Below, in pieces: positions 28,873-39,020 of a stretch of 64,000 nucleotides of DNA (positions are counted from its first letter, which is position 1; the number at the start of each line of letters is the position of its first letter). Origin of the DNA: a virus; the IMG/VR virus record IMGVR_UViG_3300018080_000014, positions 24,647 through 88,646 of that record; one strand, given 5' to 3'. A program made the position numbers and the translations under genes. Under the pieces are notes generated by a model. The model saw nothing but the letters and a program-made list of their open reading frames with translations, ran no database searches and was not told the DNA's origin.

Positions 28873-29330
28873 ACCGGTACACGAAAGATCTCCTCCGCCG
28901 CGTGCGGGCGGAGATCAAGACCAAAGACCTCGCGATGGAGATAGACGATCTCTTGTCTCCATTGCAGGGGAATGTCGAAGCGGCCTTGTACAACCTACGC
29001 AAGGCCTTAAAGATGGCAAAAGATTGCTTGGTAATGTACTCAATCAAGGAGGCCATCTCATACTTGGAAAACACGGGCTCACGCAGCCGGTTATTCTTCG
29101 AGGCGCTGCGCCATGATCCCGTGTTGAAATCCGATTTCGCGGACCCGAAGCTCCATACAAGCGAAGTGGAAGGCGAGTACAAGTTTTCACTTGAAGTGGA
29201 TCAAGTATTCACCTACCAATGTCCGCAAGCGAACTTGGACGAACTCCGCCAGCTTGTCACGATTTGTGACCAGCACGGCGTGACATGCCTGCTGGATTTT
29301 GATAGCGACGAGCTCCATTTTATCATCTAG
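28866..29330 (+). CDS. Hypothetical protein
   Basis: GGTGA SD, 154 aa. Confidence 0.6.
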   Translation: MLNRYTKDLLRRVRAEIKTKDLAMEIDDLLSPLQGNVEAALYNLRKALKMAKDCLVMYSIKEAISYLENTGSRSRLFFEALRHDPVLKSDFADPKLHTSEVEGEYKFSLEVDQVFTYQCPQANLDELRQLVTICDQHGVTCLLDFDSDELHFII

Positions 29331-29624
29331 GTGATTCCAATGCATGAAGACTGGTTCCTAGATCGCCACGAGTACGAGGCCGAATGTTGCGACGACCTCT
29401 TCCGCGAGGAAGGTGTGGAAGAAGTCCTCCGCCTCATGATACCATGCAAAAACTGTGGCGAGCTCCGCCCGAGAGATGATCCCGAGATCCTGCGTACCGG
29501 CTGCTGCTACCTGTGCAACAAGTCCGATTTCCACCGCGAGAAACGGGCCACGTCCGACGGGTGCAGTGCCAATACACGCACGTTGGCAAAATTAGTCGAA
29601 AAACTGGAGGATTCAAGATGGTGA
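29331..29624 (+). CDS. Small Zn-finger protein
   Basis: CKNC...CYLC. Confidence 0.55.
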   Translation: MIPMHEDWFLDRHEYEAECCDDLFREEGVEEVLRLMIPCKNCGELRPRDDPEILRTGCCYLCNKSDFHREKRATSDGCSANTRTLAKLVEKLEDSRW

Positions 29625-29854
29625 AAAAATGTCACGGGTGCGGGCGTATCCCCACCAAAATATTCACCACCTTGGACAATATCCTCCATACGTATTGTGA
29701 AAAGTGTGGTCTTCTCGTCCAACCCTATGACGAGATAGCGGACACCCACGCATTCTGCCTACACTGTGACGCATTCTTCCATATTCGCGAACTGTGGGAT
29801 GGTGCAAGTCGCGGCGATGCCGTCGTGTGTCCGCGCTGCGGAGAGGAACTATGA
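29618..29854 (+). CDS. Double Zn-ribbon microprotein
   Basis: GGAGG SD; CHGC, CEKC, CLHC, CPRC. Confidence 0.6.
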   Translation: MVKKCHGCGRIPTKIFTTLDNILHTYCEKCGLLVQPYDEIADTHAFCLHCDAFFHIRELWDGASRGDAVVCPRCGEEL

Positions 29855-30301
29855 TGGAACACGCAACCGATTCCCCCGAGTACCTCGAAATGGAGAAGAA
29901 GGCCTATTACCTCTCCGCCATGGCCTGTGCAGATCCTCTCCACCATTACAAGAAATACATCCAGCACCTCGATAAAATGCTGGATTTTATTGAAAAACAC
30001 CACCAAAAGAAGGATGCCTGAAATGATGAAATTAAGACTGGACATAATCGTTCTCCCGTTCCATTACCGCGGGTGGAACGATCTTCCACTCCGCAAGAAG
30101 CTCGAGCTCCTTGCCGACGTGGGTATCGAAGATTGCCACTACATCAGTGGCGAAGACGACGCCATCAGCATTCATGGTGCCGAGCTCTCGGAATCCATCA
30201 AACAGCTCACCATCGGCGAGCTCCTTGTTCAGAATGGAGACGTTGCCGCCGCACTGAAAGCTGCCAACTCTGAAAATTAATCCATTTTTCTCTTTTTTTA
30301 A

Positions 30302-30320
30302 CCAACGCAATATTTAAATA
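30302..30320 (+). promoter_or_regulatory. Early promoter variant
   Basis: CCAACGCAATATTTAAATA after a T-rich terminator. Confidence 0.65.
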
Positions 30321-30553
30321 CTTTCTCTTCTTCCACCTCATGGAGCGATAGCTCCTCACAAGGTGAAAACCATGTTAAATGAGAATGGAACGGAAATCAC
30401 GATCTCCGCCCCGCATGTCGGCGACGGCATGCTGCGTGGATTAGTGGAGATGAAAGATCACGTGACCAACACGACGAACAAGACGCTCGCCATACGGATA
30501 CATGGCCCCTTGAAAATCACGTTGGACCTATTTTAATTTTTTGGTGATCACGC

Positions 30554-30958
30554 ATGGAAAAACTAAACAACCGGAAACCAACACTGGAAGAGGAGATGGA
30601 ACACAGGCCACTATCCCGGTTCCTCCTCCATCTCTCCCGATGCCTCTTGGGCAGCAACGATGAATTTGGTGAAGAAAAGTCGGACCACATCCGCGATTCT
30701 TGTCGGAAATCCTTCGAGTTCATTTCCAACTCGCCGGTGGCATATGAGGAATTCACGCAGTGGTGCCACCAGTGTGCCATGGATTTTACGGACAAGGATG
30801 ACATCAGTCCAGAACACTGGAAAAATGTCTACCAGAATGGACATTTCGCAACCCATTTTTCCGCGTTCTGGTGTATCACGAAGTGGCGGTTCTCCGACTG
30901 GGAGCGAGACGATCCACCGTTTCGCATCCTGCCATTTCCACCATTCATCAGGTTCTAA
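30554..30958 (+). CDS. Hypothetical protein
   Basis: GGTGA SD, 134 aa. Confidence 0.6.
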   Translation: MEKLNNRKPTLEEEMEHRPLSRFLLHLSRCLLGSNDEFGEEKSDHIRDSCRKSFEFISNSPVAYEEFTQWCHQCAMDFTDKDDISPEHWKNVYQNGHFATHFSAFWCITKWRFSDWERDDPPFRILPFPPFIRF

Positions 30959-30977
30959 CCAACGTAAAGTTTAAATA
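30959..30977 (+). promoter_or_regulatory. Conserved early promoter
   Basis: CCAACGTAAAGTTTAAATA. Confidence 0.75.
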
Positions 30978-31120
30978 TGTCGAATCATATTGGATATTTG
31001 AAAATGTCACTTTCTATACATGCCCTTGTGGTAGCGGGTTCCGACAAGAGTCAACCAAGTGGCGGTAACCGCGTAATTTGCGGGCAAACAGCTACCAAGC
31101 AGATCAAAGTGGACAGAACA

Positions 31121-31366
31121 ATGGTAAGACACAGAGTGTATGCCCGTGTCACCACCTATGACGTGGATGATCGCATCCAGCGTGATAGTGTTGGTGTTGG
31201 CGGCCGTCGCACGATTGGTTCCTCGAAAGTGGAATTCAACTGTGATACAGCCAACGGGCAGAACGTGCAAGTAGTGGTGCGGGTCACCATCGATGATGAT
31301 GGCAAGGGTGCCGTCGAGATGCAATGCCCCACCGAGTTCAAGTTCCACTTGAACAAACCAAAGTGA
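31121..31366 (+). CDS. Small beta-rich hypothetical protein
   Basis: Start MVRHRVY preferred because the longer ORF begins inside the promoter. Confidence 0.5.
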   Translation: MVRHRVYARVTTYDVDDRIQRDSVGVGGRRTIGSSKVEFNCDTANGQNVQVVVRVTIDDDGKGAVEMQCPTEFKFHLNKPK

Positions 31367-31372
31367 GCAAAC

Positions 31373-31939
31373 ATGGCGAAAAAAGTAAGCACCAAGTTCG
31401 ACAAGAAATTCACGGAAGAAGCCATCCGCGTAGCCTTAGAGGCTGGAGACGCGGAACAGTTAGCCGAAATTCTGGCCAAGGGGTACAACGACCGCACCGT
31501 GTCGATCAATCCCCAAATCCAGAAGAAACTCGCAAAGACCATCATGGATATTTGCGGGTATGAACCTCCAGAGAAAGTCCGCACGTCCAGCAACAGCGTC
31601 GTGGGAAAGCTGGAAGAACTCCAGAAGAAAATCGCTGCATCTGGGAACCTCACGCCAGAAATCGCCGAGCTAATCGGCAAGCAGATGGAGGAGTCAACCA
31701 CGTCATTCGTCGCATCAGATGGCGTCCAAAAAGGCTGGCAAGCCTTCGTGATCGAGTGCGTCTCCGAAAGGATGGACCGTGAGAAGCACAAGAAACCAGC
31801 AGCCGCGCTAATTGGTGCGGTGGACAAGATCGTGGATTATGGCGCAAAGCGTGCGATGACTGCCGAGGAACAACGGGAGTACGACGCCAAGAAAGCGGCC
31901 GGGCAATCCAACGACGAGGAAGAAGAACTGGAAGAGTAA
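31373..31939 (+). CDS. Hypothetical helical protein with acidic tail
   Basis: 188 aa, followed by a T-rich terminator. Confidence 0.7.
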   Translation: MAKKVSTKFDKKFTEEAIRVALEAGDAEQLAEILAKGYNDRTVSINPQIQKKLAKTIMDICGYEPPEKVRTSSNSVVGKLEELQKKIAASGNLTPEIAELIGKQMEESTTSFVASDGVQKGWQAFVIECVSERMDREKHKKPAAALIGAVDKIVDYGAKRAMTAEEQREYDAKKAAGQSNDEEEELEE

Positions 31940-31985
31940 ACGGGCAGCACGATCCAATTTTTATTTTCCCCTTTTTTCCAATCCA

Positions 31986-32025
31986 TGGGTATGCTCGGTG
32001 GTTCAAATCCACCCTTACCCAACCA
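31986..32025 (+). ncRNA. tRNA-like minihelix (acceptor stem + T-arm + ACCA)
   Basis: TGGGTATG-CTC-GGTGG-TTCAAAT-CCACC-CTTACCCA-ACCA; no D or anticodon arm. Confidence 0.45.
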
Positions 32026-32246
32026 AACCATGGGGCACGCCCGTGCCAATTCCCTTTCCCAAAATTCGACATTTCTTTAATCTGGTAGTCAACTCATGTT
32101 ATTTTGCACGGGCCGCCCCTTTACCTTGGTGATACCATGTGACCACGGCAAGCCATCCAAACCAGCTGTAGCGGCACCACATCCTTTTCCTTTTTATTAT
32201 CTTTTTCTCCATATTTTTGCCGCACGACGTGGCGGGCTGGTGTGGG

Positions 32247-32435
32247 ATGAGCACCACAATCAAAAAGAGAGACCAGAAAATGTACTTCGATGAAGAAGCA
32301 ATGGACATGCTGCGCCAAGCAGTCTTTGACGACGTGGTGGAATGTCCCAAGTGCGGCTCCAAGATGGAGCCAGATGCGGAAAAATGCGGCGAGTGCGGAT
32401 TCTCCGGCACGCTCCGCGGGATGGGGTTGATTTAA
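32247..32435 (+). CDS. Zn-ribbon microprotein
   Basis: CPKCGSKMEPDAEKCGECG. Confidence 0.6.
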   Translation: MSTTIKKRDQKMYFDEEAMDMLRQAVFDDVVECPKCGSKMEPDAEKCGECGFSGTLRGMGLI

Positions 32436-33551
32436 ATGGAAACAACGCTCGTAGTTGTATCCAAATCCCGTGCCATGAACCGCACCTCCCGACGCACCGG
32501 CAGGCAATACAGTGTCAGGTATCTTACCTGCCAAAAACCAGACGACCCATGGACGGCATACAGGCTCGCCATATATCCAAATGGAGACGTATGGCCACCC
32601 ATATACACATACAGCCAGATAATCGTTCCCGTGCGGGAAACACGATCCGACCGGGTAAACGAGAAGTACGACATCAACTTGGATGGTGTGCCATTCAGGC
32701 ATGCCTGCTGGGTGAATGGATTCAAGCAACACGAAATCCAGATAAAGGGATTCTATACCACCACAAAAGCACTTGTGGTGCCACTTGAACGGTGCGAGAT
32801 CCTCGCCGATCACCTCGAGGCGCTCGACGGGACGGTGAGAATTCCTGCAGGGGACTTTGGCCTCACGCACTTTCCTGCGATTACACGCCAAGTTGAATGG
32901 CATGGAGACATCATCATTTTTGCCGAGTTCGAGTGGCACCTACGCAACGTCTTCAACCAGGCAACACGCAGGAAGGAATTCCGAAAGGTTGAGCAATACA
33001 AGGAAGGAACGCTCATCATCTCCAAATCCCAGCTTGGCCTACTCCACCAAGTCATCCAGACAGCACAGGACCAGAAAAAGCTGCAGGAAGTCATTGCCAA
33101 GATCCGATCCGAGCTCTCCAAGGGCACGTACATTAGCATCGAGCAAGTAGAAGAATGGCTTACTCTTGCCGAGCTCTACGGCGAGGATCCAGAACGAATT
33201 CTCCGCTCCCAGTGCCTAAGGGGAGAATACGAGCCAATCTTTTTCGAGATGCTGCGGGATGAGCATGACCAGAACCACGACATCTATTTTGGATCACACG
33301 GATTCATATTCCATATTAACGGCAAGTGGGTGTGGGAAGAGCCAAAGTACGGGGCCGCTACTTACCTGTTTAGAGGAGATCATCTGGATGGTCGAACACT
33401 TTCAGTAGCACTGTCCAATCTCAGCAGGACCGATTTGCTCGGGAGCGACGAGCTGCAAACGGTCACCGGGTTCCTGAACCGCGTTATCCATCCAAAAGAT
33501 GCAAGCGTAGAACGGTATCTCGACCGTTGGATGAGCGAGGTGTGTGGCTAG
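32436..33551 (+). CDS. Hypothetical protein (371 aa)
   Basis: Long ORF in operon; no recognised family. Confidence 0.7.
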   Translation: METTLVVVSKSRAMNRTSRRTGRQYSVRYLTCQKPDDPWTAYRLAIYPNGDVWPPIYTYSQIIVPVRETRSDRVNEKYDINLDGVPFRHACWVNGFKQHEIQIKGFYTTTKALVVPLERCEILADHLEALDGTVRIPAGDFGLTHFPAITRQVEWHGDIIIFAEFEWHLRNVFNQATRRKEFRKVEQYKEGTLIISKSQLGLLHQVIQTAQDQKKLQEVIAKIRSELSKGTYISIEQVEEWLTLAELYGEDPERILRSQCLRGEYEPIFFEMLRDEHDQNHDIYFGSHGFIFHINGKWVWEEPKYGAATYLFRGDHLDGRTLSVALSNLSRTDLLGSDELQTVTGFLNRVIHPKDASVERYLDRWMSEVCG

Positions 33552-33635
33552 GAAATACCTACATTTAAATAGGTGTTTTACCTAGTCAAGCTTAGTGCAA
33601 AGCGGCACTCGTTATACCAAAGCAACCGAGGCAAA

Positions 33636-34043
33636 ATGAAAATGGCAGTAAACGTAGGAGAGTTGGTAACCGAATTAAAGGTTGCCAAAGATGTTAAATC
33701 AAAAAACAAGTACCTCCAGTTCCCGGACGTGGAGACGTACAACCAGTTCGTGGACATCGTGAAGGAAGCTGAAGAGACCTCCAAACTCGCGGAGGAATTC
33801 GCATCCGGCGGAGAAGATGCCGAGACCTTCAACGCAAACTTGGACAAGTTGATTACCGTGTCCAAGAAAACGATGGAAGCAGCCAAGGACGACAGCACCA
33901 AGGAGTTCATGGCATCAGAAATCGAACGGTTGGAGAAAAAGCGGAAAGGCCAACGCAAGTTGACCCTGTCCTTTCTGCTCAAATGGCTGTTTATCACCAA
34001 TCAATACAAGGAAATCCAAGAGTTAGGAGAACGGATTTCCTAA
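33636..34043 (+). CDS. Hypothetical coiled-coil protein
   Basis: GAGG SD, MKMAVNV; T-rich terminator follows. Confidence 0.65.
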   Translation: MKMAVNVGELVTELKVAKDVKSKNKYLQFPDVETYNQFVDIVKEAEETSKLAEEFASGGEDAETFNANLDKLITVSKKTMEAAKDDSTKEFMASEIERLEKKRKGQRKLTLSFLLKWLFITNQYKEIQELGERIS

Positions 34044-34084
34044 TCCTTTCTTTTTTTTCCCTTTTCCAGTTGGCCACGGGAGGA

Positions 34085-34103
34085 CCAACGTAAAGTTTAA
34101 ATA
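34085..34103 (+). promoter_or_regulatory. Conserved early promoter
   Basis: CCAACGTAAAGTTTAAATA. Confidence 0.75.
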
Positions 34104-34154
34104 CGTTGATTCATTTTGGATCCATGTAGCCTAGCTACGGGAGATTTTTCAAAG

Positions 34155-36122
34155 ATGGAACTTAAAACGCAAATGGCCATGAACCTCGAAGGGTACATGG
34201 CACATCTCAAAAAGGAGTTGGCCAATCTACCAGCAGAGCTGGTCAAGAATGGCCTTGAAGTACCCGACTCTACCACCATAAAAGTGTGGCTCGATGAAAC
34301 CATGCTCACGGTGGAAAATGACGGGTCTCCGATTGGAAGTGTTGATGACTTCCAGAAGTATATCCTGACTTGTTTTGAAACCTCCAAATCCGAGCAGAAC
34401 TACGGCAAGGGTTTCACCGCCATTCTCATGGAAGAGGAAACAGACGTGTATACAGGCTGTATACATGCCACAATCCGAGCGTGGAATGACATTACTATTC
34501 GCACGGACTCCGAATTCCAGCAAGGAATGCGTGTCGTTGTCCACCTGAAACCAGACAGCCAAGTGCTCATGGAAGGGAGCGCAAAACTCTTTCTCCATCT
34601 CTCCGATTATATCACCAGAAAGACCATCATCTTCAACGATAGGCCAGTAGAACTGGAAGAACTAAGCGGTTCATTCGAGCCATTTCTTCGTGACTGGTCC
34701 AAGAGCATCCTTTATTATGATACCTCCATCTTGGGCAGTATTGACTCGTTTGGCCACTATTTCATGCTATCAACTGGCGATCTGGCACCAATACAGCTCG
34801 ACAACGTGCCGAGGTTCGTCGGGGTCATCATCTCCGACGTGAAGCACGTTGACACCGAGCGCACCAAGCTGGTCCACGCAAGCAGGCATTACCTCGAAAG
34901 GTGGGCCGACACGAAGCTCCAAGACAAGTACAAGGAGCAGAACGTGACAGCCGAGGTGGTTGCGTGGCTCCGCGAGTGGGCTGACTGGTGCGAGGAATTC
35001 GTGTACAAGATTTCTGGAGAGCGGTTCTCGTTTTTCCGCAACGATGATGGTGTGAAAATGGGAGATTTGCGGGTGCTTGAAAAATGGATAGAATACCTGA
35101 ACAAGGTGTCCAACCAAGCGAAGATGAAGCCATTCACCACGCCACGGCCCGAGATGGATGAGAATCATGAAGAGATGGTGAAAATCTCGAAGAGTGGAAT
35201 GGTAACCGATTATCTCATGCGTGAGATTGGTGAATGGTTTTTCAATCCAATACTGCACCACCCTTTTGGGCGGATAAAGATAGGCGTGTGTGTTATTGGT
35301 GGAGAAGTGGATAGAAATGGATTCATCGATGACGTGGTATTGTACAAGATGATCCACACGATTGATTCTGGAGTATTCTGGGAAAACGTGAACGAACGGT
35401 TTCCACCAGTGGTCGCCTATTACGTGGATCCTGGTCCAATCATATACGCGGATACACTTGACGTGAGAACCGTCATGAAGGAAACGGAGAGCAAGGTATC
35501 GATAGAAAGGCCTCCAGAAGACAAGAAGATCGAGGCGCCGAAAGAGAAAAAAGTGGAATTAATCGCGGAGAAAGCATCACCAGAACAGATGAAAACCGCC
35601 ATAAAAACCATGTGTAGGAATCGGAAAAGTAAGATGGACGAGGAAGATGAATATGAAAACCCGATTGGCAAGCCTGTGGAAGGTAGACCAGATTACACGT
35701 TTGTCGAGCACAAGGGCATATGGTGCATCGTGCATCATTCCGTGACTGACTTGGAGAAGGTGAAGTTCACGCGGAGCGTACAGATGGAGAAGTGGAAGGC
35801 GTGGACAAATACCATCTCGCTCATCCTGCAATATACTGGAGATTTCTTCTGCGAGGCGTGTGTTCCAGTGCTGTTCATCAGCAAGAAAAATACCGCATTG
35901 GCTCGCCATGTTGGTCCATATGTTGCGCTTAACCGCGTGAAAACATCTCTGCCAGATACGAAATACCGCAGGGCAATATATTTGCTCTCGCTTGCCATCC
36001 ATGAGCTGACGCATTTCCGTGTCAAGAATCACGGAACGGCATTCACGCAAATATCGGAAGATATGTTTCTCGAACTGGTAAAGCACCCGACGTTCCTATC
36101 GGAACTCGTGAAGGTGATATAA
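34155..36122 (+). CDS. GHKL (Hsp90/MORC-like) ATPase fused to C-terminal HExxH metallopeptidase
   Basis: ELVKNGLE, TVENDG, NYGKGF GHKL-like boxes; AIHELTHFRVKNHGTAF WLM/SprT-like motif. Confidence 0.7.
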   Translation: MELKTQMAMNLEGYMAHLKKELANLPAELVKNGLEVPDSTTIKVWLDETMLTVENDGSPIGSVDDFQKYILTCFETSKSEQNYGKGFTAILMEEETDVYTGCIHATIRAWNDITIRTDSEFQQGMRVVVHLKPDSQVLMEGSAKLFLHLSDYITRKTIIFNDRPVELEELSGSFEPFLRDWSKSILYYDTSILGSIDSFGHYFMLSTGDLAPIQLDNVPRFVGVIISDVKHVDTERTKLVHASRHYLERWADTKLQDKYKEQNVTAEVVAWLREWADWCEEFVYKISGERFSFFRNDDGVKMGDLRVLEKWIEYLNKVSNQAKMKPFTTPRPEMDENHEEMVKISKSGMVTDYLMREIGEWFFNPILHHPFGRIKIGVCVIGGEVDRNGFIDDVVLYKMIHTIDSGVFWENVNERFPPVVAYYVDPGPIIYADTLDVRTVMKETESKVSIERPPEDKKIEAPKEKKVELIAEKASPEQMKTAIKTMCRNRKSKMDEEDEYENPIGKPVEGRPDYTFVEHKGIWCIVHHSVTDLEKVKFTRSVQMEKWKAWTNTISLILQYTGDFFCEACVPVLFISKKNTALARHVGPYVALNRVKTSLPDTKYRRAIYLLSLAIHELTHFRVKNHGTAFTQISEDMFLELVKHPTFLSELVKVI

Positions 36123-36549
36123 ATGCAAAAGGAGGTGAAATGAATGGTAATGGTAAACAAGGATTTATCCATATGCATTGATTGTGTCAAGTGGAACGTG
36201 TGCTCGCTTGTTGTGGCACTTGAAAGGATGGAACCAAACATTCCAGAAATAGAATGCTCGATCAGAGTGGAAGAATGTGTTGAACATCACCCTGAGGACA
36301 AGTAGTCCTCTTTTTTGCCCGAAACCATCATGGCGCCAATACACCCTTTCCAAATTTAAATCTCCCCTTTATTTTGCGACCATGGTGGCGGGAAGCAGGC
36401 ATTCCACCAAGAGTGGAACCGATTCGACGGTAACATTCCTAACTACTTAGGAGATTAATTGCAGGAAGCTCCATTATATATATTATTTATTATTGGAGTT
36501 TCCTCCGCTTCTCCTAACCGATTAGGAGTTTTACTGTCAGACCAACCAA

Positions 36550-36924
36550 GTGATACCAAACATGAACCTGAAAAAACACATCCAGACCCTCACCGCCTTG
36601 GCTCTGGATAAATGGAATGAACTGGATAGCGAGATAAACGATACATGCGCCTTCTGCGACGATGCCGTTGACAGGAAAGGATGCATGCGCCAGAAATGTC
36701 AAGTGTGCCTGTGCCCACCATGTTTATGTGACATGGGTGCCAGGAAATGGCCATCCGCTGTGAATTTTTTCCTCGATAATGGTTGCATCTACGTGGATGA
36801 TGCGATGGATAAATTCCCGCTGGTGATGCAGGCATTCCGAGACATTCTCCAGAGTCTCGTGGAACATGGCGACGTGGGTGACATTCTCGTTGAAAAGATG
36901 GAGGACCTCCTGAATGAAACTTAA
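36550..36924 (+). CDS. Cys-rich hypothetical protein
   Basis: CAFC...CQVCLCPPCLC. Confidence 0.55.
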   Translation: MIPNMNLKKHIQTLTALALDKWNELDSEINDTCAFCDDAVDRKGCMRQKCQVCLCPPCLCDMGARKWPSAVNFFLDNGCIYVDDAMDKFPLVMQAFRDILQSLVEHGDVGDILVEKMEDLLNET

Positions 36925-37287
36925 CTGGAAGCAAGAAATCTGCTCCGAGTGCGAAATGTTAGAAGGTTGCGACGAGTTCGGTGGCAATGATTATTATTGC
37001 TGCGCCATGGACGTGCTGGAGCGCATCAAGAAACGCCTCGGCGAGAGCCTGCCACCGACAATGGACATGGACACGTACACCAAGATCCGCCGCGATATAT
37101 TGAACATGATTGGTGATTAAACGATGGACAAAAACAACATATGCTCCAGATGCGAGCTGGAATTGGAATGCGATCGCCTGAACGTTGAATGCATCGCAAT
37201 CCATCTTCTCGATGACATGTGCGAACCAAGCATCGAGGATGCCATCAGTTCCCTTTCCCGCATCAAGGAAGCCATGGAAAAAGGTAG

Positions 37288-38166
37288 ATGGTAATGACAC
37301 TGGCAGTAATAGGATTGGATGGATTTGACATGACATTCGACCACAGGTTTCTCACGGTCATGCCATTTGTCAAATCCTACATAGACAAGTGGTGGACGGA
37401 AATCCGATGTGATACAGCACCACATTCCGCTCCATCATGGTTCACCATTTTCACCGGCGTCCCGCAATATTTGTGGCCACTTGATGGTAAAGTGTCGGCG
37501 GTTGTAGACGTGGATAATGAGTACCATAATGTCCACGGGTTCTACCAATTCTCGGAAGGTGAGAACTGGGCCACCGAAAAACGCGAAGGCGATAAGCCGT
37601 GGAACCCGAAGACCATACAGGAGGAAGCCGACCGTGTTGGTGGTTTCGTGTGGCAAAAACACGATGGCATCGCCCAAGGGGTGATGTGTATACAGCCGCA
37701 CTATAGCTACCGGTGCGTGAGAGACAAGCGGGCATATTACGATGGCAAGTATGATTCTGCTGAAAAGGCCAAGGAGTACCTGGATAATTTCATGGCCACC
37801 TTCGATAGAACCATTTCCCTCTCAGGCGTACCGGAATTATGGTGTGGCGTGTTCCAGATTGTCGATCAGGTGCATCATCACTACAACAGCATGCCGTTCT
37901 ACGAGCACTCGGTAACCATGCGAGAGGTGGATAGATGCGTGCGACAGATTGCCGAACATTTTGATGACGTGATCCTGCTTTCCGACCACGGTGTACCGGA
38001 TGAACCAATAGAATATACATGGGCGAGGATACGGCTCCACTCGCACCGACCACGAGCTTTCATCACGCATAATGGAGCGCGTGATCAAATAAATGGCACG
38101 TTGGACATAGTACCACTCATAGATGGATTGCTTGATTCTGGAAGCGAAGCTAGCGATCCAAGCTAG
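37288..38166 (+). CDS. Alkaline phosphatase superfamily phosphodiesterase/nucleotide pyrophosphatase
   Basis: VIGLDG, HSAPSWFTIFTG, DQVHH, LLSDHG, C-terminal H. Confidence 0.8.
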   Translation: MVMTLAVIGLDGFDMTFDHRFLTVMPFVKSYIDKWWTEIRCDTAPHSAPSWFTIFTGVPQYLWPLDGKVSAVVDVDNEYHNVHGFYQFSEGENWATEKREGDKPWNPKTIQEEADRVGGFVWQKHDGIAQGVMCIQPHYSYRCVRDKRAYYDGKYDSAEKAKEYLDNFMATFDRTISLSGVPELWCGVFQIVDQVHHHYNSMPFYEHSVTMREVDRCVRQIAEHFDDVILLSDHGVPDEPIEYTWARIRLHSHRPRAFITHNGARDQINGTLDIVPLIDGLLDSGSEASDPS

Positions 38167-38998
38167 AACCTCCGTCACGAGCAACCTCGCGGAGGCCTTG
38201 GCATTATTGGTTGCCAGCTCACGCTACGATTTCTCCATATGTGGCGTGAAATCCAACCTATATGTTCTTATTGTTGGAGACAGTTCCATAACACACAAGA
38301 GCACTGCCACGAGATACGCATTGAGCATGTGCTCGAACGTCAATCCAATTGGAACTGCCGCCGACTTCAGGAAACAAATGACCGAAAGGAGATTGGAATA
38401 CTACGTGTCGAAGAAAATAATGCTCCATGATGACGAGTTTGCGATGACCATGAAGAACATGCGATCTGGATCGCAGGGATACAAGATCATGAAGGACCTG
38501 CTCAATTCCGCATACGATGGAGTGGTAAAGTTTCCCGGCAATAACAGGCTGCGTCCAAAGACCGTGATGGACGTGAAAGTTGGATTTGTCGGGTCCACGA
38601 CAATTGAGCATTTCAAGCGGCAGGCAGATCCTGTATTCCTCGAAGGTGGCCTGATGAAGCGAATGTTGGTAGTGATACCAGGCAAGGCCAGATACAGGTC
38701 AAGACGCCATTGTGTCCAAGATTCTACACCACAATTTCGCATGGAGCGGCGTGGTAAAATGGACATGGACAACGAAGCATGGGAAGAGCACGACGCATTC
38801 ATGGAAAATGTATACAACACAATGGATAGTTCCATGGCAGGTATATGGGCACGTGCCGAATCACAAATCTTCAAGATTGGAGCATTGCATGCTATCGATA
38901 CGGGAAAGCAGGAAGTAGATCTCAGAAGCTGGACATATGCCAAGAACGTGGTAAATGAATCCGTGACGGCACATGCCGTCTTGAAGCAATTAGTCTGA
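38123..38998 (+). CDS. DUF3987-like P-loop helicase domain protein
   Basis: NLYVLIVGDSSITHKST (Walker A-like), HDDEF, AYDG, GGLMKR. Confidence 0.65.
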   Translation: MDCLILEAKLAIQARTSVTSNLAEALALLVASSRYDFSICGVKSNLYVLIVGDSSITHKSTATRYALSMCSNVNPIGTAADFRKQMTERRLEYYVSKKIMLHDDEFAMTMKNMRSGSQGYKIMKDLLNSAYDGVVKFPGNNRLRPKTVMDVKVGFVGSTTIEHFKRQADPVFLEGGLMKRMLVVIPGKARYRSRRHCVQDSTPQFRMERRGKMDMDNEAWEEHDAFMENVYNTMDSSMAGIWARAESQIFKIGALHAIDTGKQEVDLRSWTYAKNVVNESVTAHAVLKQLV

Positions 38999-39020
38999 CA
39001 TGCCATTTATTTTTTTATTT

